This document shows positions 36,712 to 51,124 of a DNA stretch of 64,000 nt, piece by piece. The position numbers and the translations under genes were made by a program. Positions within the stretch are counted from its first letter, which is position 1; each line of letters begins with the position of its first letter. Source of the stretch: the human T2T-CHM13v2.0 reference genome, Homo sapiens. Below the pieces are notes generated by a model. It had not been told where the DNA came from. It did not search any database and saw only the letters and a list, made by a program, of their open reading frames with translations. The stretch lies in assembly GCF_009914755.1 (NCBI RefSeq), contig NC_060925.1. One strand, given 5' to 3'.

Positions 36712-37858
36712 TTTTTTTGCTGGCCATTTTTCTCTACCCACCACACCACCTTTTTGTGTTTATGTGGGAATTTAGTCACTTCAGAGGCCTTGTTCCCCAT
36801 AATTTGGAACTTTCCTTTGGATTTGATCAAGTTGGATACAGTTGATCAAGCCCAGTGGGAAAAAGACTGAAACAACAACAAAAACAGAAACAGACAACAA
36901 CAACAAAACAGTTAAGGAAAACAAACAATGGCCCAACTTATACCATTACTGAGTGCTGTAATGGTAAGGAGAAATTAAGCCCAGCTGGTTGTTAATCTTA
37001 ACTTTCACCACGATTCAGTTACCCAGGGATGGGTCTCAGGCTGAAGACTGCTTTATACCATCCTAGAAGCAGGAAAAAAACTCAAATTCATCTTCCCTGT
37101 TGGAAGCAAGCTCAAACTCCATAAAGGAGTTACCTGCCTTCCATCATCTTGGGAGCAGGAAAAACTTGCCTTCCTTGTGTTGGAGGCAAGTAAAACTACA
37201 AAAAATGGAGTTGTACAGCAAAATGAACTTTAGATCTTAGCCAAATTTGGGGATATCAGAGATTCTTTGGAGGGAGTGCTTCCAGGCCTCTGTAAGTTGT
37301 CCTGTTGGTTTGAGCTATAAAGATAGCTCAAGCTGGTGCCTAGCACCGATAGGAGATTTTTCAAAGATCAGGGCACCTTCACTCAGAACCCCTCTGTAGT
37401 TACCAAAATGTGAACCCCCAAAATCTGAGACAGGTCTCAGTTAATTTAGAAAGCTTATTTTGCCAAGGTTGAGGATGCACACCTGTGACACAGCCTCAGG
37501 AAGTCCTAATGACAGGTGCCCAACGTGGCCGGGGCACAGTTTGGTTTTATACACTTTAGGGAGACGTGAGACATCAATCAATACATATACGACGTACATT
37601 GGTTCTGTCTGGAAAGGCAGGACAACTTAATCATTGAGGGGGCTTCCAGGTCACAGGTAGTCTAGAGACAAATGGTTGTATTCTTTTCAGTTTCCGATTA
37701 GCCTTTTCAAAGGAGGCAATCAGATATGCATTTATCTCAGTGAGCAGAGGAATGACTTTGAATAGAATGGGAGGTAGGTTTGCCCTAAGCAGTTCCCAGC
37801 TTGACTTTCCCCTTTAGCTTAGTGATTTTGGGGCCCCCAAATTTATTTTCTTTTTACA
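30899..37858 (-). mobile_element. MER4A1/MER4-int provirus, antisense (LTRs 30899-31359 and 37409-37858)
   Basis: Reverse-complement copies of the same LTR family, PPT complement at 31360-31378, PBS complement gttaccaaaa just left of 37409. Confidence 0.92.
36676..36713. repeat. (TTTA)n microsatellite
   Basis: Read directly from the sequence. Confidence 0.9.
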
Positions 37859-38231
37859 GACTATCATCTCTCACTCTCCTAGTTTCTTGGAAGGCCAAAC
37901 AATTCAGTTTCAACTTTGTGACACAGATCTTCAGCATGAGTGACTCCATTTTCATTTAGATAGATGGGCTTTGTGCAGTACTCAGTCTAAACAAATGACC
38001 TTCTATAAATTATATTTAAGGCACATAGGCATTTTACTTGCATGCAAGCATGTAACTCATCTTTTAGTTATGAGTAATAACTAAAAGATAACTTATTTGG
38101 TGAACACATATCCACACTTTACTACAAAGACTGTGCATCAGGAAGATCACCAGAATTTTGAGTTGAATGCAGGAATTGAATGATCTTTGGTTACTTTTCT
38201 TAGAGAAAGAAAGGTTTGAATATTTGAGTGG

Positions 38232-38652
38232 TGTGTTAATTTGGGTTCTTCAAAGAACATATGTCAAGATAGGATTAGACATGCAAGATTTTTATTGGAG
38301 GAATATCTGTGAAGAATAGGAGGAGCCAGCAGAAGTAGAAGAGAAGAGCTTTCAGACCAAAATACATTTATGACACCTGTGAAAGTAGAGGAAGAAGAAA
38401 GGTTTGTGTAGGAAGAGTCTCAGACCAAAAATCACTTCTATGAAAGTTTCAGCCAGGGCCAATGGTGAGTTCTGGAGGAGTCACCCATTGGAGAAGTCCT
38501 GCACCCTGCAGAAATAAACTTGCACTAATATCCCTGCTGTGGTTACTCATTGGCATTGGCATGAACACAGTAGATCCAGAACAATGGTAGCTGGGGTTGT
38601 CAATTTCCTCAACGAACAATATGTAAATGGAGCATTTTCATGGTTGCCACCA
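38232..38652 (-). mobile_element. LTR16A-like ERVL solo LTR
   Basis: ttgggttc..tttattggagg..tgacacctgtgaaag..gtaggaagagtctcagac..ccaatgg. Confidence 0.68.
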
Positions 38653-38682
38653 TGCATTTTCATGGTGACCAGAGAGGTTGAC

Positions 38683-39418
<736 letters not shown>

Positions 39419-39429
39419 CCTCCATGAGT

Positions 39430-41506
39430 GGATAAATCCAGAAAAATCACCAGATTTAGGAAAAGCTACCAAAAATTTTAACAACAGAAATAACATCCTC
39501 GTTATGATTTTTTGGTTAATCAAGAAATTAAAGAATTTATGGTTAATTGACTTAAAGTATAATTTTTAAAAACAAGAACAATGGAAAAGAACATAATATC
39601 TATGAATCTATAGCAAATAGTAATGAAGAGAAAAATATGTAAAATTAAGGAGAATTGAACCAATAAATTTATGGTCACAATTTAAAATAGCAATGGAAGC
39701 AGTAAACAACAGATTATACACTACAGAAAATTCAATTAGTGAGACTGAATTCATATTTAAAAAATTGTCATGTAATTTTGAGGAACTAGAGTTATTTTTA
39801 AGTCAGAATAGAATCTATAAGAAATAAAAAAATCACATATATTTAATACACATATCATGAGAATGTTAGAATAAGAGAACAAAAGAAATAGAACATAAAT
39901 GATTGCCACTAACATAATATAATAAAATGTTCTGAGCTAAAGAAAACCTATGCATACAGAATAAAATTGCTGAAGCAGTTGGGTGGGACTTTCAGAATGG
40001 CTATGTGAAAAGCTCAGCAAATCCTCTCCCCAGTGAAACAATTTAACTAGGGAAAATTATAAAACACCACTATTTAAAGTATCTCAAAATTGACTTGTTT
40101 ATACAGAAAATCTATAAGTATGTATTCAAGAAAACTTACTAAATCTTGGTAAGAACAGAAGAATTCCAAGTTATTTGAGCTAAAACCTGTTTCTACCCTA
40201 CTCCCAGCTCTGCGCTGGAAACTCTACTCTGAGTGGGTATAACACATCTCCTTTTCCCTCTAGCTCTCAGCTGTATGGCTGTGGTTTCACCTCAGGAGGG
40301 ACAGGACAGTGATATCTCCCATTTCTTTAACCCTCTATAGCACCCCCTGCCTCATTCCCAACCCCAGCCCCAGTCCCCAGCTCTTTATTGTGGCAGTGGT
40401 AATAAAACTGGGACTCTTTTCCTCTACTTAGCTTTCACTTGTAGGATGGAGGCTCTACTCCAGGAGCAGCAAACCAAGAATAAGAAGGCCCCCATCTTCC
40501 CCTTCCCAGCTGCTGCCCTTAGAGCAGAGGTTTCAGGCCAGGATAAGCAGCCCAAGAAAATAGGAATACCATTCCCCCATAGCTTCAACTTGTAGTATAG
40601 TGGTGTATTCTGGGAGAAACAAGCCACCACCTTACCCACCTCCAGTGCAATGCCATAGAGCTTCAGCCCAGTACAGGGGATAATACAGAAGGACAGGCAG
40701 CTCCACGGCTCTGCTCAGTGAGCTGTTCTCATTAGGAACAGACTGTGGAGGAATTCATAGAGCAATTAAGATAAGGCTAACAGCTCCATGAAACTAGTAG
40801 AAAAAATGAAGTGGCAGACCATGCAGAAGTTAAGAGAGAGAATCAGAGAAAAAGACAGTCAAAATTGGCCCTGCTAAGATCACATTCATTTCCAGGGGAT
40901 CTGGAAGGCTGTGTGCATGTACTAGGCTGCACCTCAAAACAACTAAGAGAGAGAAACTCTAGTGAGCACTTGAGAGCTACTATCAGACAAAACAGAATTT
41001 AAGACAAAAATGTTACTACAGACAGAGCAACATTTTACAATGATAAAAGCATACATTTATCAGGAAGATATAACAATTAAAAACATATGTATCTAAAAGC
41101 AAAACCTCAAAATACATTAAACAAAAACTGACAGAATTGAAGGGAGAAATGGAAAATTCAACAGTAGTAGTTGGAGACAAATACAACTCTCAATAGTGGA
41201 TGAATCAACTAGAAAGTAAATCAGCAAGGATATATAAGACTTCAACAACAGTATTAATAAACTGAATACAGCTGATATCTGTAGAACATGCCACAACAAC
41301 AGAAGAATATGTAATCTACTCAGGCACATAAAGAATATTCTCTGGTATAGATTGTATGCTGGGCCATAATATAAGTATTGACAAATGTAAAATAATTAAA
41401 ATCATACAAAGGATGTTCTCAAACTACAACAGAATTAAATTAGAAATCAACAACAAACAGAAATGTGGAAAATTTTCAAACACATGGACATTAAACTACA
41501 TACTCC
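39430..41506 (+). mobile_element. Old L1M relics: ORF1 relic, then L1MC/M4-type 5' UTR (~39985) and ORF2 endonuclease region; continues at 48701-48810 and 54397-54990
   Basis: caagaaaacttactaaatcttggtaagaac; tatcagacaaaacagaatttaagac..ctgacagaattgaagggagaaat..aaatcatacaaaggatgttctc. Confidence 0.72.
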
Positions 41507-41896
41507 TTTGTTCTTTCATTTAAAAAATATTTAATGTAGATTTCTATAACTTTTTGGGGGAACAGGTGATGTTTGGTTACATGAGTAAGTTTTTTAGTGG
41601 TGATGTGAGAGATTTCGGTGCACACATCACCCCAGCAGTATACACTGTATCCAATTTGTAGTCTTTTACCTGTCACCCACTTTCCACCCTTTCCCCCGAG
41701 TCCCCAAAGTCCATTGTATCATTTTTATGCCTTTGCATCCTTATAGCTTAGCTACCACTTATATGTGAGAATAGGTGATGTTTGGTTTTCCATTCATGAG
41801 TTACATCACTTAGAATAATGGTCTCCAATTCCATCCGGGTTGCTGTGAATGCCGTTATTTCATTCCTTTTTATGGCTGAATAGTATTCCATGGTGG

Positions 41897-41927
<31 letters not shown>

Positions 41928-42020
41928 TGTGTGTATAAATTGTGGTGTACATATATATGAATTGTGGCATATATACATAGTGATATATATATATATACAC
42001 ACACATCAAAATTTCTTTTT
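41507..42020 (-). mobile_element. L1PB (PB1-like) 3' end
   Basis: tttttgggggaacaggtg..ggttacatgagtaagtt..ccccgagtccccaaagtccattgtatc; ORF 41748..42002 is an ORF2 C-terminus. Confidence 0.9.
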
Positions 42021-43731
42021 TATGTGATTTAATATGCTTTATTATTATTATCATTTTTTATTATTATACTTTAAGTTCTGGGATACATGTGCAGAAAGTG
42101 TAGGTTTGTTACACAGGTATACATGTGCCATGGTGGTTTGCTGCACCCATCAACCTGTGATCTACATTAGATTTCTCCTAATTCTACCCCTCCCCTTGTC
42201 CCACATCCTGTGACAGGCCCCAGTGTGTGATGTTCCCCTCCCTGTGCCCATATGTTCTCATTTTTCAACTCCTACTTATGAGTGAGAACATGCAGTGTTT
42301 GATTTTTCTGTTCCTGTGTTAATTTGCTGAGAATGATGGTTTCCAGCTTCATCCATGTTCCTGCAAAGGATATGAATTCATTCTTTTTTATGGCTGCATA
42401 GTATTCCATGGTATATATGTGCTACATTTTCATTATTCAGTCTATCATTGATGGGCATTTGGGTTGGTTCCACATCTTTGCTGTTGTGAATAGTGCTGAA
42501 ATAAACATATGTGTGCATGTGTTTATTCTACTATAAAGATAGTAGAATAACTTATAATCATTTCGGTATATACCCAGTAATGGGACTGCTGGGTCAAGTG
42601 GTATTTCTGGTTCTAGATCCTTGAGGAATCACCACACTGTCTCCACAATGGTTGAACTAACTTACCCTCGCACCAACAGTGTAAAAGTGTTCCTATTTCT
42701 CCACATCCTCTCCAGCATCTGTTGTTTCCTGACTTTTTAATGATCGCCATTCTAACTGATGCGAGATGCTATCTCATTGTGGTTTTGATTTGCATTTCTC
42801 TAATGACCAGTGATGATGAGCTTTTTTTCATATGTTTGTTGGCTGCATAGATGTCCTCTTTTGAGAAGTGTCTGTTCATTTCCTTCCCCCAATTTTTAGT
42901 GGGGTTGTTTGTTTTTTTCCTGTTAATTTGTTTAAGTTCCTTGTAGATTCTGGATATTAGCCCTTTGTCAGATAGATAGATTGCAAAAATTTTCTCCCAT
43001 TCTGTAGGTTGTCTGTTCATTCTGATGATAGTTTCTTTTGCTGAGCAGAAGCTCTTTAGTTTAATCAGATCCCATTTGTCTATTATGGCTTTAGTTGCCA
43101 TTGCTTTTGGTGTTTTACTCATGAAGTCTTTGCCCATGCCTATGTCCTGAATGGTATTGCCTAGGTTTTCTTCTAGGGTTTTTATGGTTTTAGCTCTTAT
43201 GTTTCAATCTTTAATCTTTCTTGAGTTAATTTTTGTGTAAAGTGTAAGGGAAAGAGTCCAGTTTCAGTTTTCTGCATACGGTTAGCCAGTTTTCCCAACA
43301 CTATTAAATAGGGAATCCTTTTCCCATTGCTTGTTATTGTCAGGTTTGTCAAAGATCAGATGGTGGTAGATGTGTAGCATTATTTCTGAGGCCTCTGTTC
43401 TGTTCCATTGGTCTATATATCTGTTTTGGTACCAGTACCATGCTGTTTTGGTTACTGTAGCCTTGTGGTATAGTTTGAAGTCAGGTAGCATGATGCCTCC
43501 AGCTTTGTTCTTTTTGCTTAGGATTGTCTTGGCTATATGGGCTCTTTTTTGGTTCCATATGAAATTTAGAGTAGTTTTTTCTAATTCTGTGAAGAAATTC
43601 AATGGTAGCTTGATGGGGATAGCATTGAATTTATAAATTACTTTGGACAGTATGGATATTTTCCTGATATTGATACTTCCTATCCATAAGCATGGAATGT
43701 TTTTCCATTTGTTTGCGTCTTCTGTTATTTA

Positions 43732-43932
<201 letters not shown>

Positions 43933-44059
43933 TTATCAGCTTAAGGAGTTTTGGGGCTGAGAAAATGGGATTTTCTAAATATACAATCATGTCATCTGCA
44001 AACAGAGATAATTTGACTTCCTCTCTTCCTATTTGAATACTCTTTATTTCTTTCTCTTA

Positions 44060-44464
<405 letters not shown>

Positions 44465-44908
44465 TTATTGAGGATTTTCTCATCGATGTTCATCAGGAAT
44501 ATTGGCCTGAAATTTTCTTTTTTTGTTGTGTCTCTGCCAGATTTCCGCAACAGGATGATGCTGGCCTCATAAAATGAGTTAGGGAGGATTCCCTCTTTTT
44601 CTATTGTTTGGAATAGTTTTAGATGGAATGGTACCCGCTCCTCTTTGTATCTCTGGTAGAATTTGGCTGTCAATCTGTCTGGTCCTGGACTTTTTTTTTT
44701 TTTGGTTGGTAGGCTATTAATTACTGCCTCAATTTCAAACTTGTTATTGGTCTATTCAGGGACTCGACTTCTTCCTGGTGTAGTCTTGGGAGGGTGTATA
44801 TGTCCTGGAATTTATCCATTTCTTCTGATTTTCTACTTTACATTATTTGCACAGACGTGTTTATAGGATTATCTGATGGTAGTTTGTATTCTGTGGGATC
44901 AGTGGTGA

Positions 44909-45218
<310 letters not shown>

Positions 45219-48180
45219 CCCTATATCATTTTTTATTGTGTCTATTTTATTCTACTCTCTTTTCTTCTTTATTAGTCTGGCTAGCAGTCTATCTATTTTG
45301 TTAATCTTTTCAAAAAACCAGCTCTTGGATTCATTGGTATTTTCAAGGGGGTTTTTCTGTCTCTATCTCCTTCAGTTTTGCTCTGATCTTAGTTATTTCT
45401 TGTCTTCTGCTATCTTTTGAATTTGGTTGCTCTTGCTTCTCTAGTTCTTTTAATTGTGATGTTAGGATGTTGATTTTAGATAATTCCTGCTTTCTCCTGT
45501 GAGCATTTAGTGCTATAAATTTCCCTCTAAACACTGCTTTAGCTGTGTCCCAGAGATTCTAGTATGTTGTGTCTTTGTTCTCATTGATTTCAAATAACTT
45601 ATTTATTTCTGCCTTAATTTCGTTATTTACCCAGTAGTCATTCAGGAGCAGGTTGCTTTGTTTCCATGTGGTTGTGCAGTTTTCAGTGAGTTTCTTAATC
45701 TTAAGTTCTGATTTGATTGAACCGTGGTCTGAGAGACTGTTTGTTATGATTTCCATTCCTTAACATTTGCTGAAGAGTGTTTTACTTCAAATTATGTGGT
45801 TAATTTTAGAATAAGTGTGATGTGGTGCTGAGAAGAATGTATATTCTATTGATATGGGTGGAGAGTTCTGTAGATGTCTATTAGGGCTGCTTGGTCCAGA
45901 GCTGAGTTCAAGTCCTGAATATCCTTGTTAATTTTCTGTCTCATTGATCTTTCTAATATTGGCAGTGGGGTTTAAAGTCTCCCACTATTATTGTGTGGGA
46001 GTCTAAGTCTCTTTGTAGGTCTCTAAGAACTTGCTTTATGAATCCAGGTGCTCCTATATTGGGTCCATACATATTTAGGATAGTTAGCTCTTCTTGTTGC
46101 ATTGATCCCTTTACCATTATGTGATGCTCTTCTTTGTCTTTTTTGATCTTCATTGGTTTGAAGTCTGTTTTATCAGAAACTAAGATTGCAGCCTCTACTT
46201 TTTTTTTCCTTCCATCTGTTTGGTAAATCTTCCTCCATCCCTTTATTTTGAGCCTATGTGTGTCTTTGCACGTGAGATGGGTCTCTTGAATACAGCACAC
46301 CAATGAGTCTTGACTCTTTATCCAATTTGCCAGTCAGTGCTTTTAATTGGGGCATTTAGCCATTTACATTTAAGGTTAATATTGTTATGTGTGAATTTGA
46401 TCCTGTCATTATAATGCTAGCTGGTTATTTTGCCCATTAGTTGATGTGGTTTCTTCCTAGTATTGATGGTCTTTTACATTTTGGTTTGTTTTTGCAGTGG
46501 CTGGTACTGGTTTTTTCTTTCCATATTTAGTGCTTCCTTCAGGAGCTCTTGTAAAGGCAGGCCTGATGGTGAGAAAATCTCTTAGCATTTGCTTGTCTGT
46601 AAACAATTTTATTTCTTCTTTGCTTATGAAGTTTAGTTTGGCTGGATAGGAAGTTCTGGGTTGAAATTCTTTTCTTTAAGAGTGTTGAATATTGCCCCTT
46701 ACTCTTTTCTGGTTTGTAGGGTTCTGCAGAGAGATCTGCTGTTAGTCTCATGGGCTTCCCTTTCTGGGTAACCTGACCTTTCTCTCTGGCTCCCCCTAAC
46801 AATTTTTTCTTCATTTTAACCTTGGTGAGTCTGATGATTATGTGTCTTGGGGTTGCTCTTCTCAAGGAACATATTTGTGGTGTTCTCTGTATTTCCTGAA
46901 TTGGAATGTTGGCCTGTCTTGCTAGGTTGGGGAAGTTCTCCTGGATAATATCCTGAAGTGTGTTTTCCAACTTGGTTCCATTCTTCCCATCACTTTCAGG
47001 TACACCAATGAAATGAGATTTGTTTTTTTCACATAGTCCCATATTTCTTGGAGGTTTTGTTTGTTCCTTTTCATTCTTTTTTCTCTAATCTTGTCTTCAC
47101 ACTTTATTTCATTAAGTTGATCTTCAATCTCTGATATCCTTTCTTCCACTTGATCGATTCAGCTGTTGATACTTGTGTATGCTTCACAAAGTACTCATGC
47201 TGTGTTTTTCAGCTTCATCTGGTCATTTATGTTCTTCTCTAAACTGGTTATTATAGTTAGCAGTTCCTGTAACCTTTTATCAAGGTTCTTAGCTTCCTTG
47301 CACTGGGTTAGAACCTGCTCCTTTAGCTCAGAAGAGTTTGTTATTACCCACCTTCTGAAGCCTACTTCTGTCATTTTGTCAAACTCATTCTCTGTCCAGT
47401 TTTGTTCCCTTGCTGGCTATAACTTGTGATTCTTTGGAGGAGAAGAGGCATTCTGGTTTTTGGAACTTTCAGCCTTTTTGTGCTACTTTTTCCTCATCTT
47501 CATGGATTTATCTACCTTTGGTCTTTGATATTGGTGGCCTTCAGATAGGATTTTTTCATGGGTGTCCTTTTTGTTGATGTTTATGCTATTGTTTTCTGTT
47601 TGTTAGTTTTCCTTCTAACAGTCAACCCCCTCTGCTGCAGGTCTGCTGGAGTTTGATGCAGGTCTATTCCAGACCCTGTTTACCTGGTTACCACTAGTGG
47701 AGGCTGCAGATCAGCAAAGATTGCTGCCTGATCCTTCCTCTGGAAGCTTCATCCCAGAGCAGCACCTGCCAGATGCCAGCAGGAGCTCTCCTGTATTCGG
47801 TGTCTGTTGATCCCTCCTGGGAGGTGTCTCCTGGAGAGGAGAGTAGGCATTCTGCCTTTAGCAGAGCTCGAGCACTGTGCTGGAAGATTTGCTGCTCTCT
47901 TCAGAGCTGGCAGGCAGGAATGTTTAAGTCTGCTGAAGCTGCACCCACAGCTGCCCCTTCCCCCAGGTGCTCTGACCCAGGGAGATGGGAGTTTTATCTA
48001 AAAGCCCCTGACTTGGGCTGCTGCCTTTCTTTCAGAGATGCCCTGCCCAGTGAGGAGGAATCTAGAGAGGCAGTCTGGCTACAGCAGCTTTGCAGCACTG
48101 TGGTGGGTCTTACCCAGTCCGAACTTCCTGGTGGCTTTGTTTACACTGTGAGGGGAAAACCACCTACTCGAGCCTCAGTA

Positions 48181-48399
48181 ATGGTGGACGCCCCTCCCCA
48201 CACCAAGCTCGAGCATCCCAGGTTGACTTCAGACTGCTGTGCTGGCAGTGAGAATTTCAAGCCAGTAGATCTTAGCTTGTTGGGCTCTGTGAGGGTGGGA
48301 TCTGCTGAGCAAATCCATTTGGCTCCCTGGCTTCAGCCCTTTTTCCAGGGGAGTGAAGAGTTCTATCTTACTGGGGTACCAGGTGCCACTGGGGCATGA
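48181..48399 (+). other. L1 ORF0 homologue (72 aa, antisense in the L1 5' UTR)
   Basis: MVDAPPHTKLEHPRLTSDCCAGSE..GSVRVGSAE aligns with the ORF0 N-terminus as I recall it (MAGAPPPASLPPCSLISDCCASNQRDSVGVGPSE); ATG context gtaATGg. Confidence 0.65.
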
Positions 48400-49345
48400 A
48401 AAAAACTCCTGCAGCTAGCTCAGTGTCTGGCCAAATGGCCGCCCGGTTTTGTGCTTGAAACCCAGGGTCCTGGTGGTGTAGGCACCGGAGGGAATCTCCT
48501 GGTCTGCCGGTTGTGAATACCATGGGAAAAGTGTAGTATCTGGCCCAGATAGCACTGTCCCTCATGGCACAGCCCCTCCCAGCTTTCCTTGGTTAGGGGA
48601 GGGAGTGCCCCAACCCCTGTGCTTCCCAGGTGCTTGCTGGGAGCTGCAGACTGGAGCTGTTCCTATTTGGCCATCTTGCCTGGGAAACCCTACATACTCC
48701 CAAATAGCCAATGGGATAAAAAAGAAATTATAGCAGCCATACCAGTAGGAGTAAATCTTCATGTCTTGGGTTGGGCAATCATTTCTTAGATAGGACAGCA
48801 ACCATATAAACGAGGCAAGAGAACAGGGCCTGGAGTCAGGAAACCTAAGGACTTCCTAGAATTAAATCAAATGGAAACACTTCAGCAATGACAGGAATTA
48901 TCTTCTTCATTTACATAGGGCATACACTGAGTAAATGACTTTGTAAATTTACTTCATCCTCTTTATTTACATAGGGTGTACATCTAGTAAATGACTTTGT
49001 AACTTCACTTTAGCCTCTTCATTTACATAGGGCATACACCAAGGAACCAGTGGAAACCTCCAGAAGGTATTTAAACCTCAGAAAATTCTGTAACTGGACG
49101 CTTAAGCTTCTTGCTTGGGCCTGCTCCCACCCTGTGCAGTGTGCTTCTGTTTTCAGTAACTCTCTGCTTTTGTTGCTTCATGCTTTCTTTGCTTTATTTG
49201 TGCATTTTGTCCAATTCTTTGTTCAAAACCCCAAGAAAACTGCACAACTTCCACTGGTAACATATTTTGGCAAGCCAGCCAGGAGGTAAGCCCAAAGTTT
49301 GGGGTTTATTTCTTTCCTTTTTCTTTCTGCTCCACATGGGGGAAT

Positions 49346-49349
<4 letters not shown>

Positions 49350-49382
<33 letters not shown>
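49350..49382. repeat. (CT)n microsatellite
   Basis: Read directly from the sequence. Confidence 0.95.
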
Positions 49383-49386
<4 letters not shown>

Positions 49387-50814
49387 CCTTACCAACTCAG
49401 GACCCTTGGTAGACATTACCTAAACACTGAAGCAACTTCAGGTTTCTGGCCAGGGCCACTCTTTAGTGTTGCCTGAATGGGGATAGTTGCCCCACCTGAA
49501 AGGGGGAAGGTCTCTTTTCTATCTATTCCAGTTGCAGTCCCTAATACCTATGTGTGGCGCAGTTCCTCCAGGGTGAACCCCCAGGTGTTTCAGGCAACTT
49601 GAACCTTCTTTTCTTATGCTAAATTATTCCCTTACCCCATCCAACTGGCTAAGGACAAAAGAAACCCACCCAGCCTCCAGTTGCTATCTAGTGGAATGGG
49701 AAGCATGGAAAAGCATGGCCTAATCAAATTATAAGGGTGCTGGAAGTTGAAGCCTTCATCTAGGGACAAAAGGGAAGCTCATAGTAGGTCGTCACCTCTG
49801 GAGGGAAAACATGCAAAGTGGCACCAATGCCCCCTAAAGTCCCAGATGTCTGACACTCTAAGATTGGATTCCATTGGGGGATGCCCCAGGGGATCCTCTG
49901 GACCTTAACATCTCCAATGGGAGCACTTCAGCAGAGGTTCTAAGGCCTACTACTAAGCCCTCCTTAGAATTTTCTCTCACAGTTGCAATATGGTTTGGCC
50001 CCAATACTGTTTGGAATCTAGAGTTTGCTGTTAAATGGGAAAGTGAGATGAAGTTGCATGTATCCAGGCTTTGGTGTTGCTGTTTTAAGCAGGGTCAGGC
50101 CTGGTTCATATGTGATGTTCTCCTTTGGTGCTGTTTGGCCCCAGTATTCTATGGAATCTGGGGAGGGTTTGCCTTTAAAAATCAAACTGCCATGAAAACA
50201 GCTTTACCTGAAATTTTGGTTCACAGCCTTCATTGGATTATCTATTGGGGCAAACAAAGTAAAACAGGTGAGCATGTATTGCTAGCTCATGACTATGGTT
50301 TCAGCATAAAAGCCATTGGATCTTCATGTGCCTGTGAGTGTATACATGTCTAGATAAGTTTATTTGTTATGTACACTTGTTGTTATATGTTGTGTCTACC
50401 AAATTGGCTTACAAGTAAAGGAGTGCTCCTAAATTAAGTAAATAATTCTAAGCAATTTTCAAGTTCATGTGACAAGTTTAGCTTTACTAAACAAGCTGGT
50501 TTTAAAATTATTTGTAAAATAAAAATAGAAATGCCTTCAGAATTGCCAGCATACATTTTTGTCTGGAATTTATATTTATCTCTGCTAGATATTTTGAGGC
50601 ATCAGGGTTTGGCATAGAAGGTTATAAAACTAAAAACCCAGCCAAAACAAAATGATCTTGGTTTGCATGCCTTTTTTTGACAAACGAGAGTAATTTAATA
50701 TTAGCTAAATCGTCCGAGTTATTGGCAAAATTACCTATGTATTTAACATTGAGACTCTTACTTAGGTTGAGGGGAGTACCTAATGTTCACTGGCTATTAA
50801 AAACATGGTTAACA

Positions 50815-51124
<310 letters not shown>

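Noticed and set aside
48905-49045. 56-bp direct repeats as a CRISPR-like array
   Set aside because: Head-to-tail tandem units with no unique spacers, inside a eukaryotic LTR.
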